This document shows positions 39,017 through 47,776 of a DNA stretch of 64,000 nt, in pieces. The notes under the pieces were generated by a model. It was not told where the DNA came from, did no database searches, and saw nothing but the letters and a program-made list of their open reading frames with translations. This DNA comes from a virus. Made by a program: the position numbers and the translations under genes. Every line of letters begins with the position of its first letter. The stretch's first letter is position 1. The DNA lies in the IMG/VR virus record IMGVR_UViG_3300042402_003577, positions 32,001-96,000 of that record, one strand, 5' to 3'.

Positions 39017-40075
39017 CAAACTTTTATACAAATAGCAATAATTATTTTTCTATTAGAAAGAATTTATTTTTACACATTTATCACGCTTATTTTCAAAAAC
39101 CCCTCAACGAAGAAATGCGGGTTTCAGCGGGTCAAAAGTACAAAAATGTACACGAAAAGTACAAAAATGTACTTTCACCCTCTCGGAACCCTTGATTTTC
39201 CTAGGCACTTTTTTTAACGCTTCTTTAATTATTTATGTGCATGTTTTATCATCAACCAAACTCCCAAAAATCACCCCAATATTTTTTATTTTTTTCCACC
39301 CCTACCCCCCTAAAATTTTTTAGCCCCTACCCAAAAATCATCCCCCCCTAGTAGGCCAGAAAAATAACCCCCCCCTGTCTGAGGCGGAAAAATTGTATGA
39401 GGCTGAGAAATCGTGTGAAACTGAAAAGTGGGGTGTACTACATACTTAGCCCACCCACATAACCCAATTTTGAAATTCCCCCTCCTAAAAAACCAAAACT
39501 AGATTTGCCCATTAGCTAATATGAATTCTAGGGGAACTATCTCTAGGCTCGGGGCTATGGGCTAGGGGAACTAGTCTGTGGCTAGGTCTGTGGTCTGCTG
39601 GTCTGTGTGCTAGTCTCTCGGGCTAGGTCTCTAGGGTTGTCTGTCTGTCTTCTCTATCTATATATAAGTACTGCAATACATATAAGGGGGCTATCGGGTA
39701 GGGTAGGGGGTAGGGTCTGTACTTATAATGAATACATATATAAGGGCAAATAGGTAGGGGGCGGGTAGGTCGGCACACATACATAGATAAACATAGGGCG
39801 GATCGGGTAGCCAATAGCGGGAGGGGCTGGACAAAGTAGGCAAGCGGGTAACTATCGGGCGGAAAGTGCGGGTAAAATATCTAAGGGCGGAAAGTTTGAC
39901 CTCCATATTTGCCCCCTAAGCGATTATTTTCTGGTGGGTAAGGGTAAGTGTTGGATAGTAGGGGCTTCCTCGCCTATCCACCCATTTAAGCCTCCATACA
40001 TATCCGCACTCTGATACCTTATTTATAGCAAAATATACTTCGGGGAAACATTAGAAGCCTCCAAAAATAAATTCA
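39017..40075. other. Non-coding divergence region (origin or genome-end junction)
   Basis: Coding strand switches; C-runs change to G-runs near 39.5 kb; short direct repeats. Confidence 0.6.
39134..39172 (+). repeat. 18-bp direct repeat x2 (period 21)
   Basis: AAAAGTACAAAAATGTAC at 39134 and 39155. Confidence 0.9.
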
Positions 40076-40077
40076 TT

Positions 40078-40145
40078 TTGCAACAAAATTTAATTTCTTT
40101 GCAACAAAATTTATAACACATGGGTAGGGGGGTGCCGTATCTTTG
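40078..40145 (+). promoter_or_regulatory. Early promoter with tandem GCAACAAAA boxes
   Basis: Boxes at 40080 and 40101; TATCTTTG at 40138. Confidence 0.75.
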
Positions 40146-40213
40146 TTGTATAATTAGTAGCGAAGCTATTAAATATAATACACTAAAAATTAACAACTAT
40201 TAACAATTAAAAA

Positions 40214-40540
40214 ATGACAAAGACACAAAAATTTCAAATGCTAAAAAGCGGACAAATTCAAGCTACAAACTCTCATTTGCAGACTGTATACAATTTACTA
40301 CTTCAAGATTCTGAAACGCTAAGGGACCTAAAAGCGGAACTAAGCGAGGCAAAGTATAAGAACCTTTGCTATCAAGAACAAATTGATAGAGGTAGTAGAG
40401 ACCTATGGTATTTAGGGACAAGGGTACAAAATAGCCCTAAAGCCGTATATTACACTTCATTGTGGCTGGAGGCTTGCGATACTATAGCCAACGAACTAGG
40501 TTACACTTTTGACAGACACTTTTTAATTTCATCAAACTAA
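40214..40540 (+). CDS. Hypothetical early protein
   Basis: First ORF after promoter. Confidence 0.6.
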   Translation: MTKTQKFQMLKSGQIQATNSHLQTVYNLLLQDSETLRDLKAELSEAKYKNLCYQEQIDRGSRDLWYLGTRVQNSPKAVYYTSLWLEACDTIANELGYTFDRHFLISSN

Positions 40541-40553
40541 AAACATAAAAAAA

Positions 40554-40745
40554 ATGATAAAACATATAAAAACATACGCACCAATATATATAATCATTCT
40601 AGTAAGTCTATTTGTAGGCGCGTTTATAGAACAAGAAATAGTTAGATATAGACTAGATAAGTATATCAAAGAAAACAATATCAAGCTAGACAAAGACTTG
40701 ATAATGCACGGCAAAACATTTCACTACAGCGATTATTCACACTAA
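40554..40745 (+). CDS. Small membrane protein
   Basis: One TM; A-rich leader. Confidence 0.55.
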   Translation: MIKHIKTYAPIYIIILVSLFVGAFIEQEIVRYRLDKYIKENNIKLDKDLIMHGKTFHYSDYSH

Positions 40746-40778
40746 AAAAAATTAACTAACAAATAAAAATTTAAAAAA

Positions 40779-40994
40779 ATGAGCAAATATTACGAAATAG
40801 AAGGCTATTGGAAAGATGACAAAGTAGAATTTTCGGGAATAGTCAAGGAATACGATGACTACCTTGAAGAGGAGGATGACGATATTTTCTACTATGGTAT
40901 GGGAGAATCAGACCTAAAAGACGCTATAAATTCGGGAGACGATACTTGTCTAGACTTTGTAGTCACAAACTATAAAGAAACTATCTATCCATAA
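40779..40994 (+). CDS. Small acidic hypothetical protein
   Basis: A-rich leader repeat. Confidence 0.6.
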   Translation: MSKYYEIEGYWKDDKVEFSGIVKEYDDYLEEEDDDIFYYGMGESDLKDAINSGDDTCLDFVVTNYKETIYP

Positions 40995-41027
40995 AAAAAA
41001 TTAACTAACCAATTAAAATCATAAAAA

Positions 41028-41195
41028 ATGAACGCACAAAGAAACACACAAAAAACGCACGTTGCAAAATTACCTCAAAATGTAGGCTATTCAATCAAAG
41101 AGGGCTACACTATGGAGAAGTCAGAATACCACAAACTTCTAGAGGCACAAGGTAAAAAGATTGAATATACGCCTTTCGGTATTATCATTCACTAG
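41028..41195 (+). CDS. Hypothetical 55-aa protein, paralog of the N-terminus of 46727-47305
   Basis: MNAQRNTQKTHVAKLPQNVGYSIKEGYTMEKSEYHKLLEAQGKKIEYTPFGIIIH; AATCATAAAAAATG leader. Confidence 0.7.
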   Translation: MNAQRNTQKTHVAKLPQNVGYSIKEGYTMEKSEYHKLLEAQGKKIEYTPFGIIIH

Positions 41196-41196
41196 A

Positions 41197-41248
41197 GGTT
41201 AACTGAAGAGACTTAAATAGTCGAAACGTACTTCGGTACGTCTTAACC
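41197..41248 (+). ncRNA. Hammerhead ribozyme (type I)
   Basis: GGTTAA-CTGAAGA-GACT(TAAAT)AGTC-GAAA-CGTAC(TTCG)GTACG-TC-TTAACC: complete core and three stems. Confidence 0.92.
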
Positions 41249-41266
41249 AAAAAAAATTCATAAAAA

Positions 41267-41554
41267 ATGAGACAAGTAACAAAAGAAAGTATCAACGCAT
41301 TCAATAACAATTCACAAGGATCATTCGGGGGTAACACTAGAATAGTGGTAGACAATGAGGCTACAAAATTATACCTATTTGATAATCTAATTGCGGTAAA
41401 AGAAAATAACGTACTAAGAATATCAAACGCGGGGTGGGAAAGCAATACCACAAAGGAAAGGCTTAACGCACTATCGGGGGTAAACATTGTACAAAAAAAA
41501 GGAACGTGGTATTTGAACGGCAATGAGTGGAGCGGTGATTGGATAGCAATTTAA
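41267..41554 (+). CDS. Hypothetical early protein
   Basis: GW.S.TTKERLNAL motif of a widespread phage family. Confidence 0.65.
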   Translation: MRQVTKESINAFNNNSQGSFGGNTRIVVDNEATKLYLFDNLIAVKENNVLRISNAGWESNTTKERLNALSGVNIVQKKGTWYLNGNEWSGDWIAI

Positions 41555-41603
41555 GAAAAAAACTAAATATTTAAAAAAATAACAATTAAAAAAATCATAA
41601 AAA

Positions 41604-41936
41604 ATGAAAAAAATTAACTTTGCAGAAATTACATTAAGACTAGAACTTTCGTCAAGAGGCGGAGGAGTAGAAATTGACCTCACTACCTTAGGTTTCAAGG
41701 GCGAAAAAATGTCCGCCTATCAAAACTATCTAGGCGGGGGTATGCTGGGGGCTATAAGCGAGAATAACACAATAAACGCCTATGGAAAGGAGATTACCTC
41801 AAAAAAGCAATTAAAACTAGAAAAAATTGCAGAAGAATTGAAACGCTATTTTCACAACTTAACGAACCCCGAAGAGGAGGAGTGGGAAAGTGTTTCATAC
41901 GAACAAAACCAAAACTTACCAACAAGCGCATACTAA
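41604..41936 (+). CDS. Hypothetical early protein
   Basis: Leader repeat. Confidence 0.6.
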   Translation: MKKINFAEITLRLELSSRGGGVEIDLTTLGFKGEKMSAYQNYLGGGMLGAISENNTINAYGKEITSKKQLKLEKIAEELKRYFHNLTNPEEEEWESVSYEQNQNLPTSAY

Positions 41937-41955
41937 CCAATTAAAATTTAAAAAA

Positions 41956-42231
41956 ATGAGTAAATCATCATTATACACTATCAAAGTAGTAGAAGAAACC
42001 ATAAACAACTACCATAAAAGGGGTGGAGAAGTTATAGAAGTAGTAGAAGGTTCCTTAGGCTATGGAACTACAATATGTTTCGGAGAGGGGCTAAAAACCA
42101 CTATCATCCAGGAAGTTTATTTGAATTCCTGGAGTAGTGGGCACACTATTGTAAGCTACAATAAGTGCCCAAAAAAATACGAACTTATGCTAAAAAATTG
42201 GGAAGCTAGACAAGAGTTAGAAGAAAATTAA
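41956..42231 (+). CDS. Hypothetical early protein
   Basis: Start reassigned to ATG after A-rich leader; EGSLGYG and E.YLN.WSS motifs. Confidence 0.6.
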   Translation: MSKSSLYTIKVVEETINNYHKRGGEVIEVVEGSLGYGTTICFGEGLKTTIIQEVYLNSWSSGHTIVSYNKCPKKYELMLKNWEARQELEEN

Positions 42232-42254
42232 ATAACCACTAAAAACATAAAAAA

Positions 42255-42482
42255 ATGAGTAAAGTATCAAGTATCGACAAACTAAGAAATATGGTAGCGT
42301 GGGCAAACTACCAGCACGAGGGCTTCAATCAATTATTCAAAAGTATAAGCCAACTAGAAAAAGCCTATGACTTCTGCCAAAAGAACGGCTATGAATTCCT
42401 TGACTTTGAATACATGGAGGGTATGGAGGCAGAGGATGAAGAAAAATGTATTGACTTTCTGAAAGCAATAAAAATAATTTAA
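42255..42482 (+). CDS. Hypothetical early protein
   Basis: Leader repeat. Confidence 0.55.
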   Translation: MSKVSSIDKLRNMVAWANYQHEGFNQLFKSISQLEKAYDFCQKNGYEFLDFEYMEGMEAEDEEKCIDFLKAIKII

Positions 42483-42552
42483 TTAACCAACAATTAAGAA
42501 AAAAAACTATATCTTTGTATAAAATTTAATTAACCAATAAAATTCATAAAAA

Positions 42553-42816
42553 ATGACAAAAGAACAATTAAAAGCGGGAGACAAAGTAAAGGCAATAAAC
42601 CCATGCCTTATGAGAACTACTAAGGTAGAAACCCTAACTATCGGAAAGGAATATGAGATATTAGCTATTGAACTAGATGAGGACAAGGACTACATATCAA
42701 GAATACTTAATGAAGAATATGAGGAAGAATATAGTATCTTGATAATAGATGACCAAGGAGAAGAGCACCTCTTCCCGATTGAAGACTTAGAAACCTATTT
42801 TGACGTAGAAATTTAA
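42553..42816 (+). CDS. Hypothetical SH3-like small protein
   Basis: LTIGKEYE...IIDDQG; promoter TATCTTTG at 42510. Confidence 0.55.
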   Translation: MTKEQLKAGDKVKAINPCLMRTTKVETLTIGKEYEILAIELDEDKDYISRILNEEYEEEYSILIIDDQGEEHLFPIEDLETYFDVEI

Positions 42817-42843
42817 CTTATAAACCAATAAAATTCATAAAAA

Positions 42844-43029
42844 ATGAAAAACGTAAAAGAATTAAACAAAAACGAACTAGATCAATTAAAGTGGAACTAT
42901 TTTTATGACGAGGAAGTAGTCCAAAACAAGTATGACTATCCGCATGAAATATCTGATGAGGTTATCTTTGCTCATTACGAGCATGTAAGTTTTGTAGAGG
43001 AGGACTTTTTTTGCAATGTTAACCAATAA
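42844..43029 (+). CDS. Hypothetical early protein
   Basis: Leader identical to that of 42553. Confidence 0.6.
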   Translation: MKNVKELNKNELDQLKWNYFYDEEVVQNKYDYPHEISDEVIFAHYEHVSFVEEDFFCNVNQ

Positions 43030-43041
43030 AAATTTAAACAA

Positions 43042-43194
43042 ATGAGAATTCAAGCAATAAGAAAAAAACTAAAAAAGCACGGATATTTTGTCACGTTCTG
43101 TTTAAGCGGGAAATATATAGCAAGCAAGAACCAGCGAACCTATATATCCAAGACTTTGAATGGTATTTATAACCAAGTTTTTCGCAAACTTTAA
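43042..43194 (+). CDS. Small basic protein (50 aa)
   Basis: Hand translation MRIQAIRKKLKKHGYF...VFRKL. Confidence 0.5.
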   Translation: MRIQAIRKKLKKHGYFVTFCLSGKYIASKNQRTYISKTLNGIYNQVFRKL

Positions 43195-43227
43195 AAGCTA
43201 TTAAATTCACAAATTAAAACTAAAAAA

Positions 43228-43506
43228 ATGAGAATGACAAAGGACTATATACAAGGTTATTGCGATTCTATTATTCAAATGAATGAGGGTCTAGACTACT
43301 GCTTGAAAGTAAAAGCAAACGTACATATAACTTTCTTTGATACTATGGATATTACTATAAATTGGGTAGAAAGCTATGACCCAGTAACAAATGAGGAAAT
43401 TGGAGGGTATATGGTATTTTCAGATAGAAAAGATATTCAATCTTTGGGCTTTGACCTATCCAGCTTCCTTAATGACCAACTTTCAAAAATAAAACTAACG
43501 AAATGA
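43228..43506 (+). CDS. Hypothetical early protein
   Basis: A-rich leader. Confidence 0.55.
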   Translation: MRMTKDYIQGYCDSIIQMNEGLDYCLKVKANVHITFFDTMDITINWVESYDPVTNEEIGGYMVFSDRKDIQSLGFDLSSFLNDQLSKIKLTK

Positions 43507-43823
43507 TATACGAAAAAATTTTAAACATAAAAGATATAATAGCTACAAATTTCCTTACATTTGACGAGCAAATGGTTCCAGCATTAACCTTTGTCAATCC
43601 AAGCAAATACGATGAGAATATCCAAGAGTTTGACAACGTCTGTAAAAAAATAAACGATTCATTGAAATACGAAATTATTTGTGTGGATTCAGATAGTTTT
43701 GGAATGAAGTATAAATACGAAATAAAGCCCAATTACTACTACCTTAATGATAAAATTGCTTTTGTATCTAAGGAGTGGTCAATAGAGGAAATGGTAGGTA
43801 TTATAGAGGAAATAAATAAGTAA
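43503..43823 (+). CDS. Hypothetical early protein
   Basis: ATGA overlap. Confidence 0.55.
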   Translation: MIYEKILNIKDIIATNFLTFDEQMVPALTFVNPSKYDENIQEFDNVCKKINDSLKYEIICVDSDSFGMKYKYEIKPNYYYLNDKIAFVSKEWSIEEMVGIIEEINK

Positions 43824-43841
43824 CAATTAAACCATAAAAAA

Positions 43842-43982
43842 ATGATAGAAGCACTAAAAGAAACATTCGGGGAAGCACTACCCTTTGTATCAATTATATT
43901 ATTGGTATTTATATGGGTGGCAGGGTGCCTACTAATTGAAGACAAAATTTCAAACCTTTTTAAAAATTGCAACAAAACTTAA
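43842..43982 (+). CDS. Small membrane protein (46 aa)
   Basis: Hand translation; one TM; CATAAAAAAATG leader. Confidence 0.45.
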   Translation: MIEALKETFGEALPFVSIILLVFIWVAGCLLIEDKISNLFKNCNKT

Positions 43983-44033
43983 TAAAATTGCAACAAAATT
44001 GATAACTTTGGGGTACAACCTACCCTATCTTTG
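43967..44033 (+). promoter_or_regulatory. Early promoter with tandem GCAACAAAA boxes
   Basis: Boxes at 43969 and 43990; TATCTTTG at 44026. Confidence 0.75.
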
Positions 44034-44066
44034 CAGAACAATTTATAACAATTAAAATCATAAAAA

Positions 44067-44324
44067 ATGACAAACATTACAACAAAACAAGAAGAACAAG
44101 TAGAACAAGCAAAACAAATACTTAAAGACGCTGGATATTTTACAGACAATCTTTGGCATGTGGAAGACGTTAAGTCTAAATTTAATTGCACTGACGAAGA
44201 AGCTCAGAGTGTGCTATATAGTGCATTGACCAATGAAGCTACAATGGAGCAAATATGGTTCAGTATTAGAGAGTTTGGAGAAATGGAAGGATTAGAGGAA
44301 AATCTTGATGAATTAAACAATTAA
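44067..44324 (+). CDS. Hypothetical early protein
   Basis: W.VEDV......TDEEA..VL motif. Confidence 0.6.
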   Translation: MTNITTKQEEQVEQAKQILKDAGYFTDNLWHVEDVKSKFNCTDEEAQSVLYSALTNEATMEQIWFSIREFGEMEGLEENLDELNN

Positions 44325-44334
44325 AATCAAACCA

Positions 44335-44652
44335 ATGACAACAACAGAAAATAACAAATTATTAGCAGAGTTTATGGGGGTGCGTCATACCGATGATAGC
44401 AAATACCTAGAAACCTTAAAAGAAATGAAGTCAAATGGATTATACTTCGAGCAAGGGTATATGACTAGTGAACTACACTACTACACCGATTGGAATTGGC
44501 TTATGGAAGTAGTAGAAAAGATATTAGATATTTCTTTAAACTTAGATACTATGGAAATGTATTATAATATAACAGATAGTATTCCAAGAATAGATCATAC
44601 ATATAATGCTTGTGTAGAATTTGTACAATGGTATAACGAACAAAATAAATAA
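44335..44652 (+). CDS. ENNKL-family protein, copy 1
   Basis: ENNKL.AEF.G...DWNWL.EVV.K...Y...VEFV..YN. Confidence 0.65.
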   Translation: MTTTENNKLLAEFMGVRHTDDSKYLETLKEMKSNGLYFEQGYMTSELHYYTDWNWLMEVVEKILDISLNLDTMEMYYNITDSIPRIDHTYNACVEFVQWYNEQNK

Positions 44653-44674
44653 TTAACATTAAAAATCATAAAAA

Positions 44675-45034
44675 ATGAACACAACAGAAAATAACAAATT
44701 GATAGCTGAATTTATGGGGTTTAAATTACAACAAGACCCCAATGAAAGGTGGTTTGGGCAATACTTTACTACTCCAAATGATGTATGGGCAAATAGAATT
44801 GAACTTCTGCATTTTGACACAGATTGGAATTGGCTTATGGAAGTAGTGGAAAAGATTGAGGATATTGAAACCATAGATGTAGATATTCTTACAAATGGTA
44901 CGAGAATATATGAATGGAGAAGTGGGGGCAGAGTTATTGCAGATAATTGTGCAAATATTTCTTTTGATAAAAAGATAGAACATACATACGATTCTGTGGT
45001 AGAATTTGTACAATGGTATAATAAAAATAAATAA
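44675..45034 (+). CDS. ENNKL-family protein, copy 2
   Basis: Same three motifs. Confidence 0.65.
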   Translation: MNTTENNKLIAEFMGFKLQQDPNERWFGQYFTTPNDVWANRIELLHFDTDWNWLMEVVEKIEDIETIDVDILTNGTRIYEWRSGGRVIADNCANISFDKKIEHTYDSVVEFVQWYNKNK

Positions 45035-45056
45035 TTAACACTAAAAATCATAAAAA

Positions 45057-45476
45057 ATGACAAAAATAGAATTAAACGTAGGATTAAAAATAGGTACTTT
45101 AGGTATTCTAGACTTTAACAAAACAAAGGCAAGGATTCTTGAATTATATAGTAGCCTACAGGCTGATGATTCAGAGATTTATTTTCAGTATCAAGAGGGA
45201 AAGTATCTAAGCGATGGAATAACACAGACAGAACCTACTATGGTGGTGGAGTTATTTGTAGCTTATAGGGAAGATATTGCAGAAGCATTATTAAACACAA
45301 CAAAGATACTTTGCAAGGAGACTTTTCAAGAGTGCATAGCGTTATTTATAACCTTTCTACATTCAGACCCTAAAGGAGTGCTGGTATACAATGAAAATTA
45401 TAGAGGTACTTTCCAAGACTTTGATATGCAGTATTTTTTACCATACAAAAGCCATGTTATCCAATATAACTATTAA
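45057..45476 (+). CDS. Hypothetical early protein
   Basis: EPT.V...Q.CIA motif; leader repeat. Confidence 0.6.
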   Translation: MTKIELNVGLKIGTLGILDFNKTKARILELYSSLQADDSEIYFQYQEGKYLSDGITQTEPTMVVELFVAYREDIAEALLNTTKILCKETFQECIALFITFLHSDPKGVLVYNENYRGTFQDFDMQYFLPYKSHVIQYNY

Positions 45477-45513
45477 CCAAAAGAACTTAATATAGCAAAA
45501 ATTTAAACAATAT

Positions 45514-45846
45514 ATGAAAAAAGAAGAATTTAAAATAGCAGTTCAAAATTCAACCTCTATGGTTTGGATGAATATGGTAGACGAACAACTATATAGAATT
45601 GTAGGAGTAAATAAAAGCACTTTTGACGATGAAAATTGGAGTGATAAACCTATCCATATTCTTTATGTAGTAGAAGAAGAGTCTGGCTTATCCGTCACCA
45701 TAAAAGATGAGAATGTTTTTCTTTGTGAAATATCACTAGCTAAAAAATCTTCCCATAAGACTAGAAGGAGATCTGTGTTGAATAAAGAAACAGCCAAAAC
45801 AGATGAAAGTATTGCTCCTAGTTCAAATAAAATTTCTAACAATTAA
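45514..45846 (+). CDS. Hypothetical early protein
   Basis: Operon packing. Confidence 0.5.
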   Translation: MKKEEFKIAVQNSTSMVWMNMVDEQLYRIVGVNKSTFDDENWSDKPIHILYVVEEESGLSVTIKDENVFLCEISLAKKSSHKTRRRSVLNKETAKTDESIAPSSNKISNN

Positions 45847-45857
45847 AATCATAAAAA

Positions 45858-46037
45858 ATGGAAAAAAGAAATTTAGTTTTAAAAGCAGTTATGGAATATT
45901 GCAATGGTTTAGTTCCATTAAGAGTGGCTATGCAAGAAGACATGGATACCCTTTTAGTTAACCTTGAAGATATATTATCCGAGCATAACATTACAGAGGA
46001 AGAAATAGAAGATATAATTATAGACTTAGTTAAATAA
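45858..46037 (+). CDS. Small acidic protein (59 aa)
   Basis: Hand translation MEKRNLVLKAVMEYC...; leader repeat. Confidence 0.55.
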   Translation: MEKRNLVLKAVMEYCNGLVPLRVAMQEDMDTLLVNLEDILSEHNITEEEIEDIIIDLVK

Positions 46038-46043
46038 AAAAAT

Positions 46044-46394
46044 ATGAAAAACATTAAAGAAAAATTTGAAGCATTAAAAAACAAAATGGAATTATATGAC
46101 TTGTTTCAGCACGATGATGAAGTAGGTCAAGCACTTATTGAACTCGAAAGAGAAATCCTAAGCCCCGAGTATGTATATAATATTGCCTTTGGGAGTTCAT
46201 TGTGTAAGTCTATTGATGAATACGATTACGCAGAATGTGCTAGACTGATTGAAGCAAATAATGGAGATATTATAGGCTATAATAGATTAGAGGATGACGT
46301 TGAAGAATTATTACAACATTCAGTTAGTGCAGGGGAGTATTTTATTGTAGACAATGAAGAATTGAAAAAAATTAACTTATTATTAAACAATTAA
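46044..46394 (+). CDS. Hypothetical acidic protein
   Basis: Operon packing. Confidence 0.55.
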   Translation: MKNIKEKFEALKNKMELYDLFQHDDEVGQALIELEREILSPEYVYNIAFGSSLCKSIDEYDYAECARLIEANNGDIIGYNRLEDDVEELLQHSVSAGEYFIVDNEELKKINLLLNN

Positions 46395-46406
46395 AAATCA
46401 TAAAAA

Positions 46407-46700
46407 ATGACAAGAACAGAAAATAACAAATTATTGGCCGAATTTTTAGGCTACACACAACCACATCCCGATTATCCTCACACAACGTATTGGTACAAAG
46501 AAGGAGAGGCACCTTTAACTATGCTATCCTTTGACACCGATTGGAATTGGTTAGTGGAAGTAGTAAAAAAATGCTACCTATTAGACACATCTACAGGAGC
46601 ACATTACGAAGCTATTTATTACTCCTTTGCTGACTTAGATATTAAAAAGACTTACAACGCTTGTGTAGAGTTTGTAAAACATTATAACGAAAAAAAATAA
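46407..46700 (+). CDS. ENNKL-family protein, copy 3
   Basis: Same three motifs. Confidence 0.65.
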   Translation: MTRTENNKLLAEFLGYTQPHPDYPHTTYWYKEGEAPLTMLSFDTDWNWLVEVVKKCYLLDTSTGAHYEAIYYSFADLDIKKTYNACVEFVKHYNEKK

Positions 46701-46726
46701 ATAATTAACATTAAAAATCATAAAAA

Positions 46727-47305
46727 ATGCACAAATTAGTAAAAAACGCAGATTATACCTTACAAGAAACAAATGTAGGGGAATTACCAAAAAATATGGG
46801 TTACTCCAATAATGGGGGTTATACCATGGATAGGTCAGAGTATCATTATCTATTGGAAATGCAAAATAAGTTTGCCCAGCAGACCGAAAATGGTATTATT
46901 ATCCACGATATAGCAGAGCCTATGGCTACCAATATCAAAGAATATTCTTATTTAATTAAGAAGACCGAAAAAACTATTGAATTATTAGAAAAAATAATTG
47001 ATGGCATAGAAAAATACCCTTCTTTGGAAAGATGTAATACCATAGTGTATTATAAAGAGACTGGTATTTCTGTAGGAGTGGACAAAGAAAAAAAACCCTT
47101 TTTGCAAATTGTATCAGAGCCTACCCAATTTACAAGTGAGAAAGCAGAAGAAATTTGTACAAAAGTTACAAACGGACACGGAGATCATCCTATAATGGGT
47201 AGCAAACTACAATATAGTGAGGATTTTTTGGCACTATGTAAAAAAGATTTATCAAATTTTCATCTAATTAAAAAAGCAATTATAAATAATGTGGTATGTT
47301 ATTAG
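46727..47305 (+). CDS. Hypothetical protein (N-terminus paralogous to 41028-41195)
   Basis: LP.N.GYS...GYTM..SEYH.LLE.Q......GIIIH. Confidence 0.6.
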   Translation: MHKLVKNADYTLQETNVGELPKNMGYSNNGGYTMDRSEYHYLLEMQNKFAQQTENGIIIHDIAEPMATNIKEYSYLIKKTEKTIELLEKIIDGIEKYPSLERCNTIVYYKETGISVGVDKEKKPFLQIVSEPTQFTSEKAEEICTKVTNGHGDHPIMGSKLQYSEDFLALCKKDLSNFHLIKKAIINNVVCY

Positions 47306-47464
47306 GCTTATGTATGATATTCATTATATTCTTGATAGCTTGTATATTCTCCAAGCTATCAAAATAGTGAGAAAAAATTTAAACAAATTAAAGAAAAAAT
47401 GATGGTATTTTCCATAAACCCTTTTTGGATTTACATATCATAATTATTAACCAAAAAAAACAAT

Positions 47465-47764
47465 ATGAAAAAACAATTTATAGATTACAATAGCAATATT
47501 GAAAAGATTAGAACCAGTATTTTGAAAGAATGCTCTGAAATTATGAAGGAGGATAGTAGAATCCTTGTAAGTGAAGAGGATGAAGTATCCATAATAGTAA
47601 TAGGAGACTGCTATTCCCCCGAAGTAGTAGTGGAGATAGAGAAGCGGGGAGAGGCCATTATTATTTTAACCGAGGATGAGGTAGAGTCAAACCTAGCCGA
47701 TCTAGAAACCGATGATATGGTGGCAATTTACGAATATATTTATTCCATATTTATAACTAAATAA
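47465..47764 (+). CDS. Hypothetical acidic protein
   Basis: ORF track. Confidence 0.55.
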   Translation: MKKQFIDYNSNIEKIRTSILKECSEIMKEDSRILVSEEDEVSIIVIGDCYSPEVVVEIEKRGEAIIILTEDEVESNLADLETDDMVAIYEYIYSIFITK

Positions 47765-47776
47765 TAAATTAAAATT

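Noticed and set aside
39623-39906. Two minus-strand ORFs in the junction region
   Set aside because: Pro/Tyr-rich translations caused by G-runs; composition unlike coding regions
40540-46729. CRISPR array or DGR from the repeated leaders/paralogs
   Set aside because: Repeats are degenerate with gene-sized spacing; no cas or reverse transcriptase in the window; differences are not adenine-specific
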